From assembly GCA_963845185.1 (NCBI GenBank), contig CAWJRG010000005.1, positions 160,001-224,000 on the forward strand: 64,000 nucleotides of DNA. The letters run 5' to 3'. The notes under the pieces are model-generated. The model had not been told where the DNA came from, made no database searches, and worked only from the letters and a program-made list of their open reading frames with translations. The translations under genes and the position numbers were made by a program. This stretch comes from an uncultured bacterium. GTDB lineage: Bacteria > Oederibacteriota > PGYV01 > CAWJRG01. This document shows, one piece after another, positions 32,536-42,480 of this stretch. Every line of letters starts with the position of its first letter. The first letter of the stretch is position 1.

Positions 32536-33372
32536 ATGCGCATAATAAAATCCGCAACAATAACCGAAGCTGTAAAAAAGCTTGCGCTTGATACTGCTTA
32601 TTTCCTCCCCCATGATGTAGTCCAATCTTTGAAATTTTTTGCCGGGCAGGAAACAAACAAGCGCGCAAAAACCATGCTTTATAAAATAATCGAAAACCAC
32701 AAGCTTTCCAAAAAAGGCACATATCCCCTGTGCCAGGATACCGGCATGGCTGTCATATTCCTGGAACTCGGCGACGAGGTGAAAGTCGAAGGCGACATTT
32801 ACGCAGCTATTAACGAAGGAATAAAGCAGGGTTACGGCCAGGGATGCCTCAGGAAATCAATCGCAGACCCAATAAACAGGCATAACACAGGTACAAACAC
32901 ACCTGCCATAATACATATTGAAATAATAAAGGGCACAACTGTAAAAATATATTTAATGGCAAAAGGCGCTGGTTCAGAAAATAAATCAGCCTTGAAAATG
33001 ATGACTCCTTCAGCAGGCATTGACGGCATCAAACAATTTGTCATTGACACGGTAAAATCAGCAGGCGCGTCTGCCTGCCCTCCATATATTATAGGCGTGG
33101 GCATAGGCGGCAATTTCGAGACAGCTCCTCTCCTGGCCAAGAAATCCCTCTTAAGGGAAATAGGCCTGAATAATAAGAATAAAGAGACTGCAAAGCTTGA
33201 AAAGGAGCTTCTAAATGAAATAAATAAGTTGAATATCGGTCCCATGGGTTTTGGCGGCAAAACAACCGCGCTTAGCGTCCATATAGAAAAACTACCGTGC
33301 CATATAGCTTCTCTTCCGGTTGCCGTAAACATACAATGCCACAGCGCCCGGCATAAAATGGCTGGCATATGA
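32536..33372 (+). CDS. Fe-S fumarate hydratase alpha subunit (class I, two-subunit)
   Basis: PLCQDTG, KGAGSEN, ACPP, CHIASLPVAVNIQCH. Confidence 0.92.
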   Translation: MRIIKSATITEAVKKLALDTAYFLPHDVVQSLKFFAGQETNKRAKTMLYKIIENHKLSKKGTYPLCQDTGMAVIFLELGDEVKVEGDIYAAINEGIKQGYGQGCLRKSIADPINRHNTGTNTPAIIHIEIIKGTTVKIYLMAKGAGSENKSALKMMTPSAGIDGIKQFVIDTVKSAGASACPPYIIGVGIGGNFETAPLLAKKSLLREIGLNNKNKETAKLEKELLNEINKLNIGPMGFGGKTTALSVHIEKLPCHIASLPVAVNIQCHSARHKMAGI

Positions 33373-33896
33373 AAAAAATATCAGCGCCCCTGGATAATAA
33401 AACAATCGTTGATTTAAAAACAGGGGATGAAGTCTTTATTTCAGGCGTGCTTTACACCATGCGTGACGCGGCTCATGAACGCGTAATAGATATAATAAAT
33501 GCAGGCAAAAAACCGCCTTTTGATCTTAACAACCAGGTTGTTTATTACTGCGGCCCCACTCCTGTAAAACCCGGGAATATAATTGGCTCGTGCGGCCCGA
33601 CAACGTCAGGCAGGATGGATAAATACACGCCAAAACTCCTTGAGCTTGGCTTAAAAGGCATGATAGGAAAAGGCATCCGCTCTGAAGAAGTAAAAGATGC
33701 CATTAAAAAATATCAGGCAGTTTATTTTTCCGCGCTCGGCGGCCTCGGTGCAGAATACGCCCTTACTGTTAAAAAGTCGGAAATCATAGCTTTCCCCGAG
33801 CTCGGCCCCGAGGCAATTTACAGACTGGAAGTCGCTGATTTTTACGCTATTGTCATCAACGATATTTACGGCAAGGATTATTATATTGAAAAGTAA
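33369..33896 (+). CDS. Fe-S fumarate hydratase beta subunit
   Basis: RDAAH, GPTTSGRMD, MIGKG, ELGPEAI; ATGA overlap with the alpha subunit. Confidence 0.92.
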   Translation: MKKISAPLDNKTIVDLKTGDEVFISGVLYTMRDAAHERVIDIINAGKKPPFDLNNQVVYYCGPTPVKPGNIIGSCGPTTSGRMDKYTPKLLELGLKGMIGKGIRSEEVKDAIKKYQAVYFSALGGLGAEYALTVKKSEIIAFPELGPEAIYRLEVADFYAIVINDIYGKDYYIEK

Positions 33897-33906
33897 AAAT
33901 ATTTTT

Positions 33907-36900
33907 TTAATGAACCACGAATATCGTGCCTGTTTGCAATATATTGGAATTTAATTTAATTACGTAGTAATACACTCCCGGCGATATTGGATTGCCAAAT
34001 GAATTTTTTCCTTTCCAATACGCATCCGGCGTTTGTGCCGTCAATGAAACCACAAGTTCCCCTGATATTGTATAAATCTGTACGTCCGCGCCGATTGGCA
34101 AGTTGATGATTTTTAGCGCGCCTTCCACTGCTTTACTTAGGCTATACGGGTTGGGATAAACAATAATATCGCCGACAGGATAAGGAGTGGTTGTCGGGGT
34201 AATTGTGGGCGTTATTGTTGGCATGTGTGTCGAAGTCGGCGTCAATGTGGCTGTTTCGCTGACTATTGGTGTAAATGTCGGGCTCGGCGTGTTTGTGTAT
34301 GTCAATGTAACAATTTCAGTCATGGTTTGTGTTATTGAAGACGTTGCTGACAAAGTCTGCGTAGGAGTTGACGTCGTGGTAGCGCAACTTACAAACACTG
34401 TTCATGGTAATGATACCGGGCATGTCGTAGAACTGTCAGGCGACGACCCTGCCGGGAATATCGTCCCAAGACCAAAGGGGCAGGAGGGTGCAATTGGGGC
34501 TGTCAAACCTGGCCCTCCTTCGCTTTTATCGCCGTATGTTACTGTTATTTGACCTGTATTCGCAGCCAGGCCTGAAACTTCAATTATTATATTGTTTCCA
34601 CTTACACTTGAGCTGACAAGAGTTCCGCCGCTGACTGTAAGCGTAAAATATCCCGGGTCAGTAGCAGTCATGCTCGGCACACCCCACAGAGATGGTATAG
34701 TTATCATTAAAGTACCGTAACCCGGGCTTGCCGCCCACGTGGTCGGCCCGTTGATATAATTAAAAACAACCGTGTTCCCCGTGCTCCCTGAATAAATAAT
34801 CCCCGTAGGTACAGTTATGCTTCCGCTACCTTCGCCGCTACACTGCGTTGTTGTCACAATCGGCGTCACAGTAAACGCGGAGGTCGTAGTAAACGTATTT
34901 GTAGGCGATACTACAGGCGTCGGCGTGTAAGTCTGTGTTTCGGAATTCACTTCGCTTGCAGTGGGAGTCGGCGACTCTGTCTGTGTGCAGGTCAACGTGG
35001 GGCTTGTGCACGCGCCGAATTCCTGGATTCTGTAGTTATATGTATCCGCAACGTATATGTTACCGCTGCTGTCTACTGCTACTCCATAAGGCCAATTAAA
35101 CTGCCCAATGCCGCTTCCATTATTACCCCATTGGGTTATATATGTTCCTGCACTGTTGAACTCTTCAATTCTACTATTAGCATAATCTGCAATATACGCA
35201 TTTCCGCTGCTGTCTATTGCTATCCCAGTAGGATTCCATAACTGCCCGTTACCGCTTCCAGGGCCACTACCCCATTGTGTTATATATGTTCCTGTACTGC
35301 TGAACTTTTCAATTCTATTATTAATCTTATCTGCAACATACACGTTTCCGCTGCTGTCTATTGCTATTCCCCAAGGACTATTAAACTGCCCATTGCCGCT
35401 TCCATAACTGCCCCATTGTATTATATATGTTCCTGTATTACTAAATTCTTCGATCCTATTATTTTGATTATCTGTAACATATACATTTCCGCTGCTATCT
35501 ACTGCTAATCCAGCAGGGCCATTAAACTGTCCGTTGCCGCTTCCTAAACTACCCCATTGAGTTATATACGTACCTGCACTGCTAAATTCTTCGATCCTGT
35601 TATTATTATTATCTGCAACATACACGTTTCCACTGCTGTCCACTGCTATACCAATAGGAGCAATAAACTGTCCGTTACCGCTTCCAGTACTTCCCCATTG
35701 TGTTATATATGCGCCCGTACTGCTGAATTCCTGGATTCTGTTAATTTCTGCAATATACACGTTTCCGCTGTTGTCTACTGCTACTCCTTCAGGCAAATTA
35801 AACTGCCCATTGCCGGTTCCTTCACTGCCCCATGTCGTGATAAAACAAGGCGTGGGCCCTGATACTAAAGTGGCAGTGTATGTTGGCGTAATCGTGGACG
35901 TGTTCGTAGGCGACAGAAAAGGCGTCTCTGTTGATGTATTAGTACCGGTTCCAGTTGGCGTAGCACTTACCACGGTGCACGTAGCACTCACTGCAACAGT
36001 GAGCGTAGTCGAAGCTGTCGCCGTAGGTGTAGGGCTTACGCACGCGCCGAATTCCTGGATTCTGTTATTATTCTCATCTGCAACATATATGTTTCCGTTA
36101 CTAGCTACTGCCACACCAACAGGCTCATTGAACTGCCCGATGCCGCTCCCACTACCACCCCATTGTGTTATATATGCCCCCAAACTGCTGAATTCCTGGA
36201 TTCTGTTATTATTGGTGTCTGTAACATAAACATTTCCACTGCTATCTACTCCCACTCCTGCAGGATAATTAAACTGTCCCGGGTCGCTTCCATAACTGCC
36301 CCATTGGGTGATATATATTCCTGTACTGCCGAATTCCTGGACTCTGTTATTGCCTTCGTCTGCGACATATACGTTTCCGTTGCTGTCAACTGCTAATGCA
36401 TCTGGCCAATAAAACTGCCCGTTACTGCACGAAGGGCAGATTCCCAAACCACCCCATTGAGTTATATAATTGCCTCCGGACGTAAATTTTTGTATCCTGT
36501 TGTTGCCGCCATCCGCCACATACACATTCCCGCTGCTGTCTACTGCTACCCCATCAGGCCGATCAAACTGCCCGTTGCCGCTTCCACTAACACCCCATTG
36601 CGTGATGTACGCGCCAGTACTGCTGAATTCCTGGATCCTTTCATTACTCTCGTCTGCAACGTACACGTCTCCGTTGCTGTCTGTTGCTATTGCTTTAGGC
36701 CAGTTAAACTGCCCATTGCCGGTTCCAGCACTTCCCCATTGTGTTATGTATGTACCTGTACTGTTGAATTCTTCGATTCTGTTATTAGCCGTATCTGCAA
36801 CGTACACGTTTCCGCTGCTGTCTATTGCTACTCCAAAAGGACTATTAAACTGCCCGTTGCTGGTGCCGCCACTCCCCCATTGTGTTATATAACAAGGTGT

Positions 36901-38017
36901 CGGCCCGGATGTTAAAGTGGCAGTATATGTCGGAGTTATCGTGGACGTGTTCGTCGGTGTCACCACAGGCGATGGCGTGTCTGTCTGCGTCGGTGTCACC
37001 GTTTCTGTCTCTGATAATACCTTAGTTTCAGTTGGCGTAGCACTTACCGTGCACGTGGCACTCGCCGTAGGCGTTGCTGACAACGTCGGCGTTGGGCTGG
37101 TGTAGGGGCCGAATTCCTGGATTCTGCTGTTATCAAAGTCCGCGACGAACACATCCCCGCTGCTGTCTACCGCCACTCCAGCAGGATAATAAAACTGCCC
37201 ATTGCCGCCTCCCTGGCTGCCCCATTGGGTCAAATATGTCCCTGTATTGCTGAATTCTTCAATTCTGTCGTTCGGCATGTCCGCGACATACACATTCCCG
37301 CTGCTGTCTACTGCCACTCCCCAAGGGCCGCTAAACTGACCGTTGCCGGTTCCCTGGCTGCCCCATTGGGTGATGTATGTGCCTGTACTGCTGAATACCT
37401 CGACTCTGTAATTGTTATAGTCCGCGACATACACATTCCCGCTGCTGTCTACTGCCAGGAAAGTGGCGGCCCTAAACTGCCCGTTGCCGCTTCCCAAACT
37501 TCCCCATTGGGTGATGTTTGCGCCTGTACTGCTGAATTCCGCAATTGTAGCATTGCCTTGGTCAACAACATACACGTTGCTGCTGCTGTCTACTGCCACT
37601 CCAACAGGCATATTGCTATCGGCCCATTGTGTTATATATGCCCCCCGTGCTGTCGAATTCCTGGATATTGCTGCTTTCTTCATCTGAAACATAAACGTCT
37701 CCGCTGCTATTTACCGCTATATCAACAGGCTCCTTAAACTGCCCGTTGCCGTTTCCGTAACTGCCCCACTGCGTGATGTATGTTCCTGTGTTGTCGAATT
37801 CCTGGATTCTGTTATTTTCCCAATCCGCGACATACACATATCCGTTGCTGCCTACAGCTACTCCGTAAGGATATTGAAACTGCCCGTTGCCGGTTCCATA
37901 ACCTCCCCAGCTGCGGATGAAACTGGGCGGATTAACTGCAAATGAATTATTTGCCGCGAAAATGAATGTTGACAGCAACAGTGTTGTGATTATGTTTTTT
38001 GTTATTCTTCTGCCCAC
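33907..38017 (-). CDS. Large secreted NHL-repeat (three beta-propeller) protein with Thr linkers and T9SS-like CTD; interrupted by a frameshift (~37643) and an in-frame TGA (34404-34402)
   Basis: ~47-aa repeats GQF..P.GVAVDSSGNVYVAD..NNRIQEF..G.YITQWG in three blocks; ORFs 37616..38017, 34402..37692 and 33907..34398 are collinear; VYPNP tail. Confidence 0.8.
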
Positions 38018-38140
38018 CTGAAATACTCCTTTAAAAATGAAGGCTACTAGCTCCCTTATTTACTATTTATACCACATGATTGGCTCAATAACAATTGCTA
38101 ATATCCGGAAAGCCGCCTGCCAATACATGCTAACTAAATA

Positions 38141-38199
38141 AAAAAAGGGGCAGGCCAAGGGGGTTTGGAGGGGTAATTGGGGGGATAAGGCCTGCCCCT
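38141..38199 (-). terminator. Intrinsic terminator of tetR with an unusually large C-rich loop
   Basis: AGGGGCAGGCC/GGCCTGCCCCT 11-bp stem, 32-nt loop, T-run on the minus strand. Confidence 0.7.
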
Positions 38200-38217
38200 G
38201 GTATTTATATTTCAGCT

Positions 38218-38787
38218 CTATCTTTTGTATAATCCGTAAAAAAGCACGTTCAGCATGACATCGAGTTTCTTTTCCATGTCTTCCTGCTTTTCCGTTGCCC
38301 AGTAATATTCCATTGTTTTCATGTTTGCCGTAAGCGTAAAAACCACAAGGTCAATATCCTTGATATCAAACATGTTTTTATCCATTCCCTCTTTTAAAAT
38401 TCCCTTTATCGTTGTTAACTCGTTGTCCGAATAATTGTTGTAAATCTTTTGTACAGAACTGTAATATTCAATATATTCTTTTTTAAAAGTGCTGAATAAA
38501 CTCGCGAACCTGTTTACAACTTTCATGCGGGTCAGGATATAAGCGCGCAGTTTCTTGTCCGGCGATGTCTCCTTTTTTATTGCTTCTTCTATTTCATTTT
38601 TCAGCGAACCGAGGTCTTCCCTCACCACGGTTTCAAATATGTCTTCTTTCGTGTTAAAATAATGGTAAATTGTGCCCTTGCCCAGGTGTGCTTCTTTCGC
38701 TATTTCCCCGACAGTTGTCTTGCGCATCCCGTATTTGCCGAACATCTGTTTTGCGGTCTTTATGATCGTGTCTTTTGTATCTTTCAT
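38218..38787 (-). CDS. TetR/AcrR-family transcriptional regulator
   Basis: KTTVGEIAKEAHLGKGTIYHYFNTKEDI HTH. Confidence 0.95.
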   Translation of the reverse strand: MKDTKDTIIKTAKQMFGKYGMRKTTVGEIAKEAHLGKGTIYHYFNTKEDIFETVVREDLGSLKNEIEEAIKKETSPDKKLRAYILTRMKVVNRFASLFSTFKKEYIEYYSSVQKIYNNYSDNELTTIKGILKEGMDKNMFDIKDIDLVVFTLTANMKTMEYYWATEKQEDMEKKLDVMLNVLFYGLYKR

Positions 38788-38798
38788 CTTTCCCCCTT

Positions 38799-38965
38799 AG
38801 ATAGCGTTTATTTTGCCCAGCCAAAGGCGCAGGCAAAATCCACAGGACTGCATGCCGTAAGTTTTTGTTTCACAAAAACAACGGTCTGCAGTATTACGCT
38901 ATCTTAGTACCCGCTCAAGTCACGGGCTTTAGCCAGTCAAATAATCCAGTGGATTATTTGACTGG
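38799..38965 (-). other. Highly structured intergenic element: three-way junction plus perfect 15-bp inverted repeat
   Basis: AGATAGCGT/ACGCTATCT closing stem (38799-38807, 38896-38904) with two internal hairpins; CCAGTCAAATAATCC-agt-GGATTATTTGACTGG at 38933-38965. Confidence 0.5.
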
Positions 38966-39010
38966 TAGTTTCCATAAGTCATCATATAAAAACTACCCAG
39001 ACAAGCGGTA

Positions 39011-40777
39011 CTATATTGCTTCTTTTAGTTTTTTAAGCTCACTCGAAATCTCAGCCGGCATCCTGTTGCCGAACTGCCCGAAATATTTTTCGATTTCCTG
39101 TGTTTCCTGTTTCCACTCATCCGGCTTTATCTCGTATAGTTTCTTCCATTTTTCTTCTGTGTAATCAAGGCCGGATAGATCCATATCCTTGTAATCCGGC
39201 ACCAGACCTATAGGCGTTTCATTTGCCTTTACTCTGTTGTTTTCCCTGTCCAGTATCCATTTCAAAACCCTGATATTGTCGCCGAATCCCGGCCACAGAA
39301 ACTTGCCGTTTTCATCGGTCCTGAACCAGTTTGCACTGTATATCCTCGGCGGGTTTTTGATTTTTTTGCCCATTGCGAGCCAGTGACCGAAATAATCGCC
39401 CATATTATATCCGCAGAAAGGCAGCATTGCCATTGGGTCCCTGCGTATGACGCCCAACTGCCCGGCTGACGCGGCAGTTGTCTCTGAACCGCTTCGCGCC
39501 GCGCTGAATACGCCGTTTTGCCACGAGGTAGACTCCACAATCAAGGGGATTGCTTTTGTCCTTTTACCGCCGAATATCATTGCGGAAATAGGCACGCCTT
39601 TAGGGTTGTCGAATTCCTTTGAAAGGCTCGGGCAGTTATATGCCGCCACAGTGAAGCGCGAGTTCGGGTGCGCTGCTTTTCCCTCGCTGCCCGGCTCCCA
39701 TTTTTTTCCCTGCCAGTCAATCAGGTTTGCCGGCCTTTCGCCGTCAAGCCCTTCCCACCATGTTTCATTCGTATCCGGGCTGTAAGCCGTGTTTGTGTAA
39801 AGCGTTGGATAAAATCTTTTTGTTTTTAGAGTCTTCATCATGTTCGGGTTTGTCTTCATGGAAGTGCCCGGTGCGACTCCAAAATAACCTGTTTCAGGGT
39901 TCACGGCCCACAGCCTGCCGTCCGGCCCTATGTTCAGCCATGCTATGTCGTCGCCTATGGTCCAAACTTTATATCCCGGAAGAGCTGATTGCAGCATGGC
40001 AAAATTCGTCTTTCCGCATGCGGACGGAAATGCGGCTGCAACATAAGTTACTTTTCCCTGTGGGTCCTCCACGCCTATTACTGCCATGTGCTCGGCAAGC
40101 CATCCCTCGTGAAATCCCTGCCATGATGCTATGCGCAAAGAAAAACATTTTTTGCCGAGCAGGGCGTTGCCGCCATAGCCCGAGCCAATGCTCTGGACAA
40201 GGTTTTCATCCAGAAAATGCATTATAAACCTTTTATTAGGGTCAAAATCTCCTACCGAATGCAGGCCTTTTACAAAATCCGTCGAGCTGCCTATTTTTTT
40301 AATAACTTTTTTGCCCATGCGCGCCATTATCCTGATGCTCACTGCCACGTATGAAACATCGGTAAGCTGCACGCATGCTTTGGCATAAGGCGAGTCCGGG
40401 TGTCCCATCATGTAAGGCAGCACGTACATTGTCCTGTCCTTCATGCAGCCGTCAAACAATCCGCGCATCCTATGTTTTGCTTCGGCCGGGCTCATCCAGT
40501 TGTTGTTTGGGCCGGCTGTTTCCTTGTCGTCATGGCATACAAAAGTCAGGTGCTCTGTCCTTGCTACATCGGTCGGATGGCTCTTATGGTAATATGAATT
40601 CGGCCAATTTTTCTGGTTTAATTCCCTGAATATTGGCGTGCCTTCTATTTTTTCCTCTTTAATCCCTATTTCAACCAGTTTGTGCGCTTCTTTTTCAGAG
40701 CCGTCGCACCAGTGTATTTTTTTCGGCTTTGTCAAAGCTGCCTGTTCTTCAACCCATTTCTCAAGTGGTGTAGCCAT
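39011..40777 (-). CDS. pckG: Phosphoenolpyruvate carboxykinase (GTP)
   Basis: GSGYGGNALLGKKC, FPSACGKTN, GDDIAW, AHPNSRF, DPMAMLPF. Confidence 0.97.
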   Translation of the reverse strand: MATPLEKWVEEQAALTKPKKIHWCDGSEKEAHKLVEIGIKEEKIEGTPIFRELNQKNWPNSYYHKSHPTDVARTEHLTFVCHDDKETAGPNNNWMSPAEAKHRMRGLFDGCMKDRTMYVLPYMMGHPDSPYAKACVQLTDVSYVAVSIRIMARMGKKVIKKIGSSTDFVKGLHSVGDFDPNKRFIMHFLDENLVQSIGSGYGGNALLGKKCFSLRIASWQGFHEGWLAEHMAVIGVEDPQGKVTYVAAAFPSACGKTNFAMLQSALPGYKVWTIGDDIAWLNIGPDGRLWAVNPETGYFGVAPGTSMKTNPNMMKTLKTKRFYPTLYTNTAYSPDTNETWWEGLDGERPANLIDWQGKKWEPGSEGKAAHPNSRFTVAAYNCPSLSKEFDNPKGVPISAMIFGGKRTKAIPLIVESTSWQNGVFSAARSGSETTAASAGQLGVIRRDPMAMLPFCGYNMGDYFGHWLAMGKKIKNPPRIYSANWFRTDENGKFLWPGFGDNIRVLKWILDRENNRVKANETPIGLVPDYKDMDLSGLDYTEEKWKKLYEIKPDEWKQETQEIEKYFGQFGNRMPAEISSELKKLKEAI

Positions 40778-40915
40778 GGTTTTGCTCCTTTTTATAAGAT
40801 ATCTTGTTGTATCTTGCGTAATTATTTATTATTGGGATAGAAAAATACCAAAAAATATTGATAAAGTCAATCTAAAAGGCTTTACTGAAAACGAGTTTTT
40901 CAGAAGGACGAATAA

Positions 40916-41329
40916 TTACTTTTTACCCATCTTTTCCTTGAGAAATTTCCCCATTTTTACGTCTATGTTTTGAATGTGGTCGATCAGCCACCTGTATAAT
41001 TCTTTCTCGGTTTCTATTACTACATGCAAATAGTTTTCTGTCGAATTAATATCGGCCTTTAATTTCTGCACTTTTTTCTTGAATTCTTCGTGTTTGGCCT
41101 TATGTTCTTCAAAACCCGGATAATAATAATCCAGCATGTACCTCTGTTCCGTGGAAAAATGAATATCAGAATACTGATCCAGAAAACCTATTACCTGGCC
41201 TATTTTTTCCTTGCTCTTTGCTTCAGCCATCGAGTCCAGGAGGTCATTTAAGACGCCTATAAACTGTTTGTGCTGGTTGTCAATCTCTTCTATGCCTATT
41301 GAAATATCCTCGGTCCATTGCCTCTTCAT
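40916..41329 (-). CDS. Bacteriohemerythrin
   Basis: IDNQH, HFSTE..YM, HKAKH, WLIDHI..D iron-ligand pattern. Confidence 0.93.
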   Translation of the reverse strand: MKRQWTEDISIGIEEIDNQHKQFIGVLNDLLDSMAEAKSKEKIGQVIGFLDQYSDIHFSTEQRYMLDYYYPGFEEHKAKHEEFKKKVQKLKADINSTENYLHVVIETEKELYRWLIDHIQNIDVKMGKFLKEKMGKK

Positions 41330-41456
41330 AATTGCACCTCGTAAAAAAACTGTTTAATGTTAAAAGTTGGATGTTTAAAGCTTAAGCTTTTCAACCTTCA
41401 ACTGCCGTATTGCCCTATTAAGGGTAGAGTTCAGAGCTTACAGTTTAGAACTCATT

Positions 41457-41876
41457 TTACACATCAATTATAATCTTTGTCTCATAATAGCCTTTATTTT
41501 TCTTTAACGCGAGGCTGTTATAAGTCACGCTTTTTAATTCCTCGATTATATAGTCCCCTGTCTTTTTATCAGGGTTTATATGCATGACAGCAGACAGCGT
41601 CATGTTTTTCAATGAAAAATTTTTTACAATTGCCGATTTTACGTATTTTTTCTTCACAAAAATATTGTAAAGTATTTCATTTAAAAAGTCATGCAGCAGT
41701 TCTTCGGCAGAATCGCCTTTGAACCGGACATTGCGCCGGATTTCATGCCCACTGCTTTTTTGCAGGCACAACCCTATTATCGCGCGGACCGCAAGATTAA
41801 AAACGCCCCGCAGGCTCTTTGCCCTGATTTCAACTCCTATGTCAGCTGTGTGGTTGAGTATTTTAATATTTCTCAT
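41457..41876 (-). CDS. Archease
   Basis: N-terminal HTADIG, KSVTY, C-terminal IIDV. Confidence 0.9.
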   Translation of the reverse strand: MRNIKILNHTADIGVEIRAKSLRGVFNLAVRAIIGLCLQKSSGHEIRRNVRFKGDSAEELLHDFLNEILYNIFVKKKYVKSAIVKNFSLKNMTLSAVMHINPDKKTGDYIIEELKSVTYNSLALKKNKGYYETKIIIDV

Positions 41877-42480
41877 CAGTGGACTGCAATTTTGGCAAGC
41901 TTGTGCAGGCTGTTCCCTGTGGTTTTGTTTTTAAGTTCTATAACTGCGATGTATATTCCATGGCTGGCTTTTGCGCCTTTGGCAGTTGTCATATCCCATT
42001 CAGCGCTGTTTGCCCCTTCAGGGTATAACGTCTTTATCAATTCCCCTTTGATATTATATATTTTTACCCTTTCCCAGTCTGCTGCTGCTCCTATAAAAAA
42101 CCCCGTACTGGCCTTGCTGTAACGCACCTGCACCACGGCTCCAGCTAATGGATCTTCCGCTACAACCGCAATATCCTTTATCACGAAATACTGGTTGTTG
42201 GTTGTAACTTTTACCCTGTATGTGCCCGGAAATACCATGTTGCCATTGTCGTCCCTACCGTTCCATCCTCCTATTATATTTCCGTTCATGTCAATAATGT
42301 CCAGTATGCTGGTGCCGTCCGCAATGAATGGCGTTTTAGAGAAGCTGAAATTATGGACAATGTCCGTATCTTTTGTTGACGCTAATGTCCTGACTACCTG
42401 GCCTGTGCTGTCATAAATAACTATCTGAACAGTATAATTGCCCTGAACAGGCGTTAGTGTCATTATGAAAGTTTGAGTTA
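41876..42480. repeat. 3' end duplicated with 44722-45330 (shared C-terminal FlgD/CTD-like module)
   Basis: High nucleotide identity, e.g. ACTACCTGGCCTGTGCTGTCATAAATAACTATCTGAACA in both. Confidence 0.85.

Noticed and set aside
34402..34404. TGA recoding (alternative genetic code or selenocysteine)
   Set aside because: TGA is a normal stop in purH, fumarase alpha, 53527..55881 and the kinase; no redox motif or clear SECIS hairpin follows
34990..37900. Regularly spaced ~140-bp repeats as a CRISPR array
   Set aside because: In-frame, degenerate at third codon positions and encode NHL repeats; no cas genes
38865..39164. 99-aa plus-strand ORF (and the similar 28516..28761 and 27986..28234 ORFs)
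   Set aside because: Overlap real genes or palindromic spacers; no RBS or recognisable domain
41350..41455. AAAGCTTAAGCTTT palindrome and degenerate heptamer repeats upstream of hemerythrin
   Set aside because: Too short and AT-rich to support a regulatory call
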